From the NCBI GenBank assembly GCA_003971905.1, contig RSEE01000036.1, positions 124,001 through 188,000 of the forward strand: DNA of 64,000 nucleotides, written 5' to 3'. This DNA comes from Moniliella sp. 'wahieum'. Lineage: Eukaryota. A model generated the notes under the pieces. The model saw only the letters and a program-made list of their open reading frames with translations. It searched no databases and had not been told where the DNA came from. The translations under genes were made by a program, and so were the position numbers. Below are positions 14,886-27,098 of this stretch, piece by piece. The first letter of the stretch is position 1, and each line of letters begins with the position of its first letter.

Positions 14886-15379
14886 ACGTATCCTGCAATC
14901 CATGCCGTTGCACATGCTGGCCGATGCACGTATGGTATTTGAGAGGTAGGAGGTGGTAGGTGCGGAACACGGTGGTGGCGCAGGGGAGGGTTAAGGGACA
15001 CGGCGACAACGGCGCAGCCTTCTCCACGCCCAAACGACCAAGAACAGCGCCCATGATGGTGAGCAATCCTCCGCTGTTGTGTGGCCAGCAGAGAGAAGCG
15101 TGTGGCCGAACCAGCCCCAACCGGCATCCACATCATGCATCATGCATCATGCCTGCATGAAGGGACACGTGACATGGCTGTGACTGGATGGGGATGTGGC
15201 ATGATAACGAGCCCCCTTACGGCATGGCCGCAGACTGGCTCAGTGAGCAGCCAGGCTGACTACGCTGCGCTCCGCTCCGCAGCCACAGTGCATCAGCGCA
15301 CAGCCCAACCGACCAGCCTGGCAGTCGCCTATCTGCCGTCGCCTGGGGCCTTCTTGCCAATCACCATCCTTTCCTCTTC

Positions 15380-17223
15380 ATGTCCAGCCGTACCAAGAGC
15401 TGGTCGCCAAGGCCACCGATGCGGGTCTGCCCACTGAGGACTGGCAGATCAACCTCGACATCTGCGACCGCGTCAGCAACAACGGCGCCCATGCTCTCCG
15501 CCAGGTGCTGGATGCCCTCACGGTCCGTCTCCAGCAGCCTAGTGCTCAAGTGCAGGAGTACGCACTCACGTTGGCCGACGCCCTTGGCAAGAATGCCCGG
15601 AAACATCATGTGTCCCGAAATGTCCCACCCGGACTTGTGCATCCAGCTCAACCACATGGTGCACGACACTGCCAACGTCTCCACGCCCGTTCGCACGCGC
15701 ATCCTAGGACTCATCAAAGAGTGGGCCTCCGACCTGACCAAGGCGGGCATGTCCGGCACTCTCCTCCAAAACACATATTCTGCTCTCAAGTCCCAGAGTT
15801 CGTCCTTCTCCGTCCCCGTTTTCCGAAGGGAAGCACTAATTCTTCCCCCTTCTGGTAGACTTTGACCTCTCCGCCGCTTGCCTGCTGCTGTCCAAGACAC
15901 TGAGGACACTGAGGACGAAGAATTGAGGAGAGTACTGGCCCTGTCGCTGCAGGATCAGGGGGGGCGCAGCCAATGGGCTTCTAACGACTATGCCGGCTCG
16001 GGCGTGGCGACGGTGGAAGCGCAACCGCCCCCAGCGGATTTGCCCCTTTGGGGCAGCCGACGAGCCAACCCCCAGCTAGCCAACCCCCGGCCAGCCAACC
16101 TCCGGCCAGCCAACCTCCGGCCAGCCAACCCCCGGCCAGCCAACCCCCGGCCAGCCAACCCCCGGCCAGCCAACCCCCGGCCAGCCAACCCCCGGCCAGC
16201 CAACCCCCGGCCAGCCAACCCCCGGCCAGGTATACCCCGATGAGTTCTACCAATCCGTTTTTCACCCAGAGCGCCAACCCTTCATCTTCTGCACCCGCTG
16301 TCGTAGGATCGAACCAACCCCAGCTGGTCGATGTCTCTCTGACTGGGGCTACCTTTGCTCCGACGGTTACAGCTGCAGCTGCAATCGCCCCCCTGACTGC
16401 CACACCAGCTGAGGGAGAGCAACGTCACCCACCTCTACCTCTTCCTCCTCCTCGTGGGGCGAATCGCCTCCTGTCACGGACGAGAAGGTCGTTTCATCGC
16501 GGGTACGGGGCCTGTATGACTTTACCTCGCCGGAGGAGGGGTTGTTGAAGTTCCAAGCAGGAGATGTGATTCGGGTGGTGGACAGGACGTACGAGCAGTG
16601 GTGGACCGGGGAGCTGCGGGGGAAAGTGGGTCTCTTCCCTATAACCCATGTCGAGGTTCTTCCCAATCCCACCCCCGACGATTTAGGTCGGGACCGGGCG
16701 TTGGAAGCGTCGCTTCTTGGTTCCTCTTCTGTGGTTGATACGTTGGCGCTCAAATTGGCCTCGCTTGACCCCAATCAATCGGTCAGCTCGGCAGACAAAG
16801 CCGCCCTCGACACAATGTACCAAGATGCTACCGATATCGCTCCGAAACTTGCCGAGCTCATCGATCGGTACCAAGTCAAGTTGGCTGAACTGCATGGATT
16901 GAGCGATAAACTCGAACAAGCACGCACGCGGTACGCCCAGCTTGCCACTCCTTCCTCCCTTGCTTCATCGGCCCCTGCGAGTGCCCCAGCAGGGGCTGGG
17001 ATGACTGCCCCGGACCCTGTAGCTACGACTGCCTCCCCAACGGCCGCGACTGCGGCACCATCCACCCCCGGCTCCGACCCCGGCTTCGGATCTTCTTGGC
17101 CCCGCACCGGCCCAGGACCAGCCCGCTACCCCCCAACCGCCGCCTGGGATGGACATCAACTCGCCCGAGTACGCTGAGTGGTACTGGCGCGCGTTTCCCC
17201 AGACCGCCGCGGGGCACCCATGA
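15380..17223 (+). CDS. HSE1: ESCRT-0 subunit Hse1/STAM (VHS-UIM-SH3-GAT)
   Basis: VHS (ELVAKATD..EDWQINLDICDRV), intron 15798-15858, UIM EDEELRRVLALSLQD, SH3 VRALYDF..LKFQAGDVIRV..QWWTGELRGKVGLFP; end inferred across frameshifts. Confidence 0.9.
16066..16230 (+). repeat. 15-bp coding minisatellite, 11 units (QPPAS)n
   Basis: caacccccggccagc repeated about 11 times with few variants. Confidence 0.97.
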
Positions 17224-19602
17224 GACATTTTGCGCGGGGACCGTGCCGGACCTTGTGCCCTTGCCCCCCATTGCCCGGTCCCTTTCTATCTGGCTCTCCC
17301 CCGCGCCTCTGGGAATGAGCAATGCATGGTAGCAGTTGGGTTGGGATCTCGATCCTTTTCTCGTTGTGTGGCGGTGGCAGGCTTGGGTAGTTCATTGGCA
17401 GTTGAGCTCCTCGGCCATCATCGACCCCCTCCCCTCTGACACCGGGCATCCTCTTGGCGTACGGTCCGCTTGGCTAATGGATCAAGTTCGTCGGCTGTAC
17501 CGCGGTGCAGTGGGTTCTCTGGTTCGTGCGGATGAGGTTCCTGAAGTTGAAAGGGCTCACTCGACTTGGCATTACGCATCGCGCCTTCTATGGGTCTGAT
17601 GCCGAACAAAAGAGAGGGGGGGTGCTGGTAGCGGGAGCCAGTACGGAATGATGTCATATATGGGGGCATGCTCACTTTGGGAACGACACGCTGCTAATCT
17701 GCGCGCGCTTACTCCTTGAGGAGATACCACGATGGCTGATGCCAAGAATCATGCTAGGTCGTATGTGGATCAAAGGCAGTTATAACTCACCGCGGCTCTC
17801 CCCCTGTCGGTCAGCACGATAAAACGCGCAAGAAACGGGAGGGAAAGGTCTCGGGGTTCAAGACGTACGTTTCAGTCTCGAAGTGTTTGGATCGTACATG
17901 CTCGTCCACAACGAATCAGTTAATCAGATCAATGTTAAGACCTTGTCTGCTCCCGGACCTGTTGACTGACAGCTCTTATTATATCTGGACCTACGGCCCA
18001 ACCGGTCGCTGGGTGTGCAATAGGCTCTTTTGTAGACTATTTGTAGACTATGGATGCATATGCCCACCCTCTCTTTCGTACCCGCGGGTGTGGAATGGGC
18101 GAACATGGTTCCGTTCAGCACTTTGCGCGTGCCACGATGGTGTCCGCTCTCTACGACGCTACATGTGCCGGATGCGTTGTGCTTGGGGAGGTCTGGCGAC
18201 CAAAAAAAGCAGACCAGATCGAGCGCGAGTATATATATAGCTCTGATCACACATGCCCTCTGGCGTTGTTTTTCTACCCGACTCTCCCCTATGTTCTGCC
18301 CCTGACGGTGGGCTCCTCTGTTGGACCCGAAAAGGGATGAGCCAATAAGGTTGGGCAGCCTGGCCTCCATGCGCGACATGGTTGATGGAGTGGAGCAGAG
18401 TGGAGCAGGGATGTGGGATGGGTGTGTGCTTTGGCCTGATCGGGTGGCGGGAATAAGCAGTTCGCGCCCAAAGCCATCGACGTCACCACACGTGACAGGG
18501 GACAGGGGGTTGCTGTTTTTTCCTCCTGAGAGAGGCGCAGGGGGAGGGGAAGAGTTGGGCGAGTAGGAGACATTGCACTGGCCTAGTCTCACCGGCATTC
18601 GAAGCGTCCTTTTCCCACGATGCCATTCGTTTCCGGATGCAATTGACAGCAAGCATCGTGCTTCTGCATTCGTTCGTTTGGGGGCTGGGCTTGGCTGGTG
18701 CCTTGCGCGAGGGGGGCGCAGCCTTCGACCACCCGCCCATCTCAGCCTCGGCTGTAGTGTCGCTGGGCAGTAACTAGTAAAGGCACCAGTGTCACTTGCT
18801 GGGTGGGTGCTGGTGCATGAGGCACTGAGTACTCAGACTGAGTGCGGATGCCGCAGTGGCAGTCGTTAAGACGCAGTGCTTTATTAGCGCACGCGTTTCA
18901 GCTTTCAGCCGCCATCTGCGGGGAAGGGTCGTGCTGCAAGAGACGAGTCATCTATCAGACATAGACCGCACCTGGGCTGTGTGGAGTTAAGCTTCCCCAG
19001 CTGGCGGGGATGCTGCCCCGTGCCTACATGGGGTGGGGTGCGGCGCCGGTGATATAGATATAGCGGCGCGGCCTGGCGCGGCCGGAGGGCATGGCATGCA
19101 GAGGCCAGAGTGGGCCGCAGGGGAGCAGTGTGCGAACGGATTGAATATGGAATACTGATGCACTGATGACGCATGCGAACCATGTTACCCAGCCGCGACC
19201 CTCCACACCCTGGGCGCGGCAATAAAGCACACACTGGGGGGCCGCATATGCCGTGTGCGGGGGAGCGGCAGGGGGAGAGAGGCGCGGCGAGAGGCTGCAC
19301 AAGCTCTGCGCTGCCCCGACGGTCCTCGATCTGCGTCGATTTCAGCATCGGGGCGCAGCACAGCTCCCGCCCAGCCCTAGTCCAGCCCACCCAACTGGGC
19401 CGTCGCCAGAGCAGTGCCGCGCAGCTGATGCTTGTGCTGCATCTGAATTGGGCGATGGTTGTTAGACCTTATTACTAGCCCCCTTGCTAGCAATCAACAA
19501 CCAACACATCCCGCGTCAGCACCGCCCTCGCCATCACCACCGCCACCACCACCGCCCTCGCCTTCTCCCTCCCCCCCTCCCACCTCTGCACCCGTCTCCG
19601 CC

Positions 19603-21244
19603 ATGCTCACGCGTGCTGCCTCCGTGCCGACGCGTACTCGCCGCTCCCGCCGCCCCATCCACACCCCTCCTCCTCCACGCGCCTGCTCCGCCCTCTCTAT
19701 CGCCCCCAACGATCCAACCCTCGGCATGGTACTTGGCCTAGAAACGCCAACAGACCATGCCCCCCTCCTCGTATCGAACCCATTTGATCGCCAATACTTG
19801 GACGCCATGGGGTACCACGCGTTTGAGTGTTTGAACGCCACGTTTCATGTCCGCAAGCGGTACTCGTTTGTGCGCTCCCTCGGCATGGGCTCGTATGGAT
19901 CGGTTGCCCTGGTGTACGACACCGTACTCAACGACCATGTTGCGTACGCATTGTGCCTCCTTCGTCTCCTGTTGCACGCACATCCCTGACCCGTTTGCTC
20001 ATCTGTGCTCCCTTTCCCCAGGATCAAGAAGGTCGATCAAGTCATGCACAATGGCATCCTAGCACGACACGCCTTGCGTGAGGTAGCCATCATGCGGCAC
20101 ATGAGCCAATGCGACCAGTCAATCATTCTGCTCGACATTGACGCCCGCTTCGTCGAGTACGGAGAGCTTTACCTCTTTATGGCCCCTTCCGAGGCCAACC
20201 TAGGCCAGATCATCCGCTCCCGTCAGCCTTTAAGCCATGGCCATCTGCAATACTTTGCTGTTCAACTGCTGAGTGGAGTGCGCCACATGCATGCAGCACG
20301 CATTATCCATCGCGATCTCAAGCCAAGCAATGTGTTGGTAAATTCCGACTGTACGCTGCGCATTTGCGATTACGGCTTGGCGCGTGCTTGGTCCGATGCA
20401 CTTGGCTCCCAGCTGCAATCAGCGTCTACATCGATGGCGAGCCTGCCTTGCGACTGGACCTTTTGGCCTCCCTTATGCGCCGACGCCTGCACGCCGATGC
20501 CTTGGCGCGATGCTTCCCAATCCCACCTCTACTATCCCGGGGACCCCTTGTCTTCGTTCGTGACGACGCGCTGGTATCGTCCCCCGAACTGCTGCTCCAA
20601 TTTCCCGAGGGTACGGCCCGGGGCTGGATATGTGGGCTGTGGGGTGCATCCTAGCTGAGATTCTCCTTGGCTTCCCCCTGTTTCCCGGGCAGGACAATCT
20701 GGATCAGGTGGTGCGCATCGCTCGGCTTCTCGGCCCCCCGGAGAGCAGTGTAGCAGCCAAGGTATCGCCAGCTCTGAAGGATAAGTTTGGCAGCTGGCCC
20801 GTTCGAGACCCGAAGGCGTGGCCACAACTGTTTGGAGCGTGCGATCCCCAAGCGGCGGACTTGGTAGCCAAACTTCTCTGCTGGGACCCCGCCAAGCGTT
20901 TGACCGCCGAAGAAGCGCTGGCACACCCCTGGCTCTCCCTGTATCGCCTCAGCTCGGCTCGCTGGACCGCACCAGAACCCTTTACGGCATTTGACCTGGT
21001 GGAACTACCTCTCCACCCGCAGGAATGGGCGCGAGCGTTTCGCGCCCAAGAACGCGCGATGCACCATCACTGGCGCTGGCCCATGGTTGTCTCCGAGCGT
21101 CGGGAGGGAATCCCGCTCGGCACGTCCGACGGCACCCCGTCGCTGTTTACGGCGGATGCGCTGGCCTATTCATTGAGCACGATGGGCACAAGCGTGTCGA
21201 CGCCTCGTCGCTGGCCTCGCTCGAGCCCTCTTCCAAGCAGCTGA
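19603..21244 (+). CDS. MAP kinase-like protein (CMGC, Slt2/Smk1-like) with non-canonical activation loop
   Basis: FHVRKRY..LGMGSYGSV, intron 19944-20021, AIKKV, HALREV, HRDLKPSNVLVNSDCTLRICDYGLAR, LSSFVTTRWYRPP(E), DMWAVGCILAE, LFPGQD, DPAKRLTAEEALAHPWL. Confidence 0.9.
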
Positions 21245-21620
21245 CTCTCATGGCGCGAGACCGCGCCCGAACCCGCATCGGAACCCAACCCCACCTCCAA
21301 CCCGAGCCCGGAAAAACTTACCTGCTTCCTCGCCCCCTCAGCCCGAAGCGCATGGCTTGCTCGTTTCCGGTCCGGGCGTTGAATTCCCCACCCACGAGTT
21401 GTGGGACGTCTGAGCTTGCGGGTCTCCGTTGACCCCCGCTCCCCTCCCCACCTTCTTCCCCCAGCATACGCTAGTATTTACCCTCCATGTCCATCTCTGT
21501 GACTGAATACCCACCTTCTCTCTGTGTCGCGCCCTTCGCATTAGATGTCATCTCTCCGACCATCAGTCGTAATTGAATTTCTGTCGCTTTTGATCCACTT
21601 TTAAAACCAGTTTCCGTCGT

Positions 21621-21925
21621 TGTCATAGTTTGGCTGATCTCGCTCCATTTCCAATTTCTTCGTCTCGAGCGTCTCGCTCCTTCCCTGTTCCTTCCACTTC
21701 GCACCATGTCCTCTGTTCTTGTCTTCCCCACGAACGATTGCTACACCCCTTGGCCTAGTCCGATCCTGGTCTCCCTCGCCTTAGCCCCGACTGTGACATT
21801 ATCGTTCGTGGGGAAGCAAGAAGCAAGAACAGAGGACATGGTGCGAAGTGGAAGGAACAGGGAAGGAGCGAGACGCTCGAGACGAAGAAATTGGAAATGG
21901 GAGCGAGATCAGCCAAACTATGACA
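21621..21925. repeat. Long inverted repeat: arms 21621-21738 and 21801-21925, 62-nt spacer
   Basis: Arms are reverse complements except a 1-nt indel in a G run and an a/caagaag difference. Confidence 0.95.
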
Positions 21926-24900
21926 GTCGTGAAGCTTGCCTCCGTGGCAAAAGACAGTTTTTGCAACCGTCGTATCCGACGTGTAGGCTAGAGATCCCCC
22001 ATGGGAAACCAATGGACGATCCAACCATGTACCGTTCACCGCACCGTCGTAGACTGCCGCCCGGGGGACGGTATGCTGCATTTCAGCTCCGACTCCCCAC
22101 GGCCATAGTGGTTAATGAGGCCTTCGACTAATGAATCAAGGGAGAAAATGCGGCTAGGGTAACCTCGCCCCCTGAACACCACATATGAACCGGGGGACGG
22201 CTATCGACGTGGCCGGAACGTAACCCGCGCGATGCGTTGGTACGGGGAATCGACGCGGCTGAAGGAAGGCTCGCGCGACTGGACGGATGGAGAGCTGGTG
22301 GAGGACAAAGTCGGAAGAGGGGGCGGGAGCTAAGGGGTAAAGATGCTACCTGTACTGAATCAATTGGCTGGAATGCGGGCAGGAGTCGGACATGATAGGC
22401 GGGAAGCACCAAGAAAGGACGAGGATGAAGACGAGAAGAGACGAGAAGGGACGGTGGGGGAAAGGATCCCCATCAACCAGGGGTACAGGCTAGCTCAAAA
22501 GGGAAAACGGATACAAGAGGGGATGTAGAAAGGAAGACACGTCAAAAGAGGGGTTGGCCGCCGTAGGCGCGACCGAGAAAGGAAACTAAGTGGTGATGGG
22601 GCGACAATCGTCGCACAGATACGGGAAGCTTGGTGGCCTTTATTTGGGCCATGATCCGACTTGGACTTGGGTGGGGGGCGACTATTCACTTCGCGCGAAT
22701 GCATGGCCCCTCATTAACATTTAACCAACTGCATCATCACACTTGGTTGGACTGCGCAGCGCGCTCTACTACTGGACATGTGCGGAGCAGGCCCGGGGCC
22801 TTAACTTGGATCGGACCTTCTCGCATCCAACGCGGCCCGTAGCAATGCTAAGTATTAGTAGGCGACAGTGATGGGTGCGGGAAAAGAGGGGAGGGTCCGT
22901 GCGTTCCTGGAGCACATCCTCAAACTCCTCCTGGGACGGGACCTAATGTGCGGGCCCAGACGGAAGGAGCTTGGCCGGACGTGCTGGTCTGAAAGGGATA
23001 GGCGGTGGCGCGGTGACGGACGGGGGATCAGAAATTGTGACGAGTGAAATGTGAAATGTGCAATGTGCAATGGGAAATCTCTAAGTTCCATATTCGAGCA
23101 GGCAAAGAAAATGTGCAACCCTACTGCCTCCCACCTGCACGTGACGGGTGGTGGGGCCGGCTACGCCAATGATCGGGCATATGACAGAGTCGCGTCGACG
23201 CGTCCCTCCACTCCCTCAAAATGCCCCCCACCGGCCTCATTGCCGCACCAACGACCACATTCGCGCACAGTGTACCTTCAATCCACGCCGAGAGAGGCGC
23301 CGCCACTGCCGTTGCCCTGGCAACAAGGCTGCCAGAGGGGGGGGACAAAGGGGACAAAGGGGGACGAAGGGGATCGGTGGGGTGGACGAGAGGTTAAACG
23401 TGAATTACGACGACCCTGTCACAGGCGGGCCCTGCCAGGGGACTCACCAGGTTGGTGGGGTACAATCTCTTAGATAAAGGACGACTCACGGTGGTTTCCG
23501 GCTTGGGCTTTGGAGGAGAAGCCTTTGGGCGTGCAGCCGATGCGGCCGCACGCTTGGCAAGGGTGCGTATGTCCCGGCTTGGGGGCAGTAACGTGTCTGA
23601 AGCCTCCGGGGCTGAGCGACGGGTAGACGCAGTGGAGCGGACAGACACTTCCAGGGCTGAGGCATGGCAGTGGCTGTGAAGGAACCCACGCGACATGCTG
23701 AGGTACGGAGAACCGACGCGGCTGATGGAAGGCTCGCGCGACTGGGCAGATGGAAAGATAGAGTGCGACTTGGGAGCACTCGCGATCCTATGGATGAGCT
23801 GCAAAGCAGCCTTCAGACAGGCGTGAAGGCAAAGAGGTGAGCCACAAGTCTTCAGGCAACATCTGAGTTGAAGGGAAGGAGACAGGAGAGAGAGAAGGGA
23901 GATGAAGCGAGCAGGGCGCGCGCGCCCTGCGACGGAACTCTTCCCCCCGGTTAAGTGAGCGTCACCGATCACCACCGAGGGCCGTGCAAGGGAACCCCAG
24001 CACTACCCTCAACAGAAGCAAGCGGAGGCTGCGAAGGCACTAAGAATGTCATCCGATAGCACTTCCTCGTGGGAAATGTGGGTGTCTGCGCAGGGCGTGG
24101 CGGTGGTCGTCTGTCCGCGCGGGGGGAATGGGCACTGGGCACTGGGCATGGGCGCTGAGCCGCAGCGCTTATCTCTGCCGCACCCCAGCCCACGAGGTGC
24201 GCCCACACTGCCCCCTCGCCTGCGATGCGATGCTACATCTGGGAGCAGGCGCTGCTGGAGGGCGGTCGCTGCCGATCAAGCTTGCGCACCGCCGGCCGCT
24301 GCCCCCAACCACACCACACTGTCCCCGCGCCTGGCCGCATGCCACATGTGTCAGCTGCAGCCACATGGTCCAACGTTCATGCTCTTGCCAGGGAACCAGC
24401 CACTCTTGACGTAGTGACCGTCGTGACACTGCGGCTTTTTTGCGGACGTACCTACTCCGGCTGTAGCAGGTTGCAACGCACAGATTCAGTGTGCAACGTA
24501 TCCTGTTCGCCTTGGCTTCGGTACTGACTCAGTTCAGCCATCACGGCCACCGTGACGGGCCAGCGCCTGAGGCTCACCGGGCTCACCAGATTGTTGATTC
24601 GCTTCAAGTTCAACGTGGATTCGGCCAGTGTAAGCCGGTTCAGTGTAAGCATATGGCTTTGCACGCCCTGCCGCCTGATGGACCCGAGGGGCCTGAGGCC
24701 TGATGCATCTCCTGGGCCTGAGCCCTGAGCCTGAGCCTCTCAGGGCTGTAGAATGATTCCATGACTCTTACGGCGGTGCAGTTTCACGCGTTCACGCGTC
24801 ACACGGTCTGGATTCGTTTGGCGGTAGCATATGCGCTGCCTGCGCAGGCGCAGCCAGGCGTTCATCCACCTTATGTTCCTGCCCCTGCAAACCCTGTGCC

Positions 24901-25022
24901 CCATCTGCACAATTTATACAAATTCCCATTCGCTCCCCCCCTCAAAAGGGGGCAACCCACTTCCGTCTCCTCTTTTCTCATCGTCACTGTCGCCCCTTTT
25001 TCGCCAATCCAACAACCACAGC

Positions 25023-26532
25023 ATGCGTGGTACATTTGCTGCTCTTGCCGCCCTGGCAGCCATGGCTGTGTCTGCCACGCCGCTCAGGCGCGGAGCTTCA
25101 TCCAAGTCGCCTTACTATGTGCCCCCCAAGTGGCCCACCGTGCCATTTGCCGTACCCGAGTCCTGGGCTGGCACCTTGCCCGTTAAGCCAGCTCATCTGA
25201 CCAACGAAACGTATGAATATTTCTTCTGGTACTTCGAGTCCGAGTCTGCGCGCGGCAAGGACGATCTTGTCATCTGGCTTAATGGTGGACCAGGTACGTG
25301 TCAGACCCTTTCAGCAATGGCCCAAGTGTTGGAACGGAGCTGACGTTCTCCTTCTTTGTTTGGTCGACAGGATGCTCCAGTCTGGAAGGGCTGTTGCAAG
25401 AGAATGGACCGGTTCTGTTCCCTGGAACGTGACCGGTGACGCGCCCGAGCCCTATGTCAAGCTGAACCCGGACAGCTGGACCAAGGTGGCCAACGTGCTG
25501 TGGATTGAGCAGCCCGTGCCCACTGGCTTTTCCCAGGGCAAGCCAGATGCGACGGACGAGTTCGATGTGGCCAAGGAATTCTACAGTTTCCTGATGAAGT
25601 GGTACGAGACGTTCCCTGAGGCACATGGCAAGCGCCTGTGGATCACGGGGGAGAGCTACGCTGGGATGTACATTCCCTATATCGCCCACCACATTCACAA
25701 TGCCCCGCACCACAATGCCAAGTATGGGATTGACCTGAAAGGCATTCAGATCCACGATCCTTCCTGGACCAATGACTTTTTCGGCTCGGAGGCCGCCATG
25801 CCCACGTTTGTACGCAAGTGGGAGTCGCTGCTGGACCTGCCCTCTTCTTTCCTCGACTCGTTCTACGCCGAGGCCAAGAAGAACAAGATCTACAACTATG
25901 TGGAGGAGAATTTGGTCTATCCGCCCCCGGCGGAGGGACTCAAGGTGCCCTACACCAACGACAGCTACTCGCCCGCTAACGACTTTTACAATGCGGCCTC
26001 GCTCGCGAATCCCAACTTTAACATTTACAATGTCAACGAGTCCAAGCCTACCCTGGACCCTCGGGCTTCCCGCCCGCTGACCTGGAGGCCAACGCGACCA
26101 ACATTATCAACGACATTCCTGGATTCAAGAAGCTCATCCATGCGCCCGAGAGTGTGCAATGGATCGAGTGCACCAACACGTATCCGTTTGTGGGCAGCGA
26201 CCTGAGTCTGCCGCCGGACGAGACGGTGATGCGAGCGTGATTGAGAAGAACTTGCGCACAACAATTGCCCATGGCACCCTCGACTCAATCCTGCTTGCCA
26301 ACGGCTCGGCATTGGCGATCCAAAACTTGACGTGGGCCGGCCAGCGCGGGTTCCAGACCAAGCCGAACCAGTACCTCACCGTCAATGGAACCAAGACGGG
26401 CAAGTTCCACGAGGAGCGCGGACTGACATTTGTCGAGGTCTGGCACTCGGGCCACATGATTCCTCAGGAAACTCGCCCGCGGCGTTCAAGCTGATTGAGC
26501 ACCTTGTCCACGGCACGGCTCTGGACGCCTGA
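25023..26532 (+). CDS. Secreted serine carboxypeptidase, peptidase family S10
   Basis: Signal-peptide-like MRGTFAALAALAAMAVSA; YFFWYFES, IWLNGGPG|CSS across intron 25294-25370, WIEQPVPTGFS, WITGESYAGMYIP, ERGLTFVEVWHSGHMIP. Confidence 0.95.
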
Positions 26533-27064
26533 TGAAACAAAATGGCTTGCTTGTTCTCCTTTTCTTAGTTGTAATACTTCTTGTCTTCTGTCTTTGCTTG
26601 TTTTCGCATAGAACGTGTGCATCCTATTTGTGTCTTCAGTCGACCCAGCGTGTGGAGCGTAGAGCGTAGCGCCTACGTCATGGCCAAGCCTGATTGCGAT
26701 GGCTGCGAGTGCCGTGGCGGATGCGAGCAGCGTAAAGGCAGTAATGGTGCTGGTCTACTACCGGCAGCAAGAGGCGGGGGAGCTGGGACTCCAGACTGGG
26801 AAGCGTGAGTGGTTTACCCGAAGAGAGGGATCGGTGCAAGTGGTGTGCACGGATTGGATGGAATATTGACTGCGGCTGAGCGGTGATGCATGATTGCTGA
26901 TTACTGATTCCGGGGCAGGCGCGGGATGAGGGGGCGGAATGGGGGGGGAGCAGGCAGCCTGGCCGGATCGCCTGCTGCTGGCTGGGTGTCGGGCGGAGGG
27001 TGGACCACCACTCGTGCTGCTGCTGCCCAGCCGCCGCCTGCTTGCCTGCTCTCCACCCCCCTGC

Positions 27065-27085
27065 ATGTGTGTGTGTGTGTGTGTG
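27065..27085 (+). repeat. (TG)n microsatellite just upstream of the SIN3 start
   Basis: About 10 TG units. Confidence 0.9.
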
Positions 27086-27098
27086 CATCTGCCGCCCC

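Noticed and set aside
16066..16230. CRISPR-like array
   Set aside because: Head-to-tail repeat without spacers, inside a eukaryotic CDS.
17530..17740. C/D-box snoRNA candidates (GATGAG/ATGATG..CTGA)
   Set aside because: No recognisable rRNA-complementary guide or terminal stem; the resemblance to U14 is poor.
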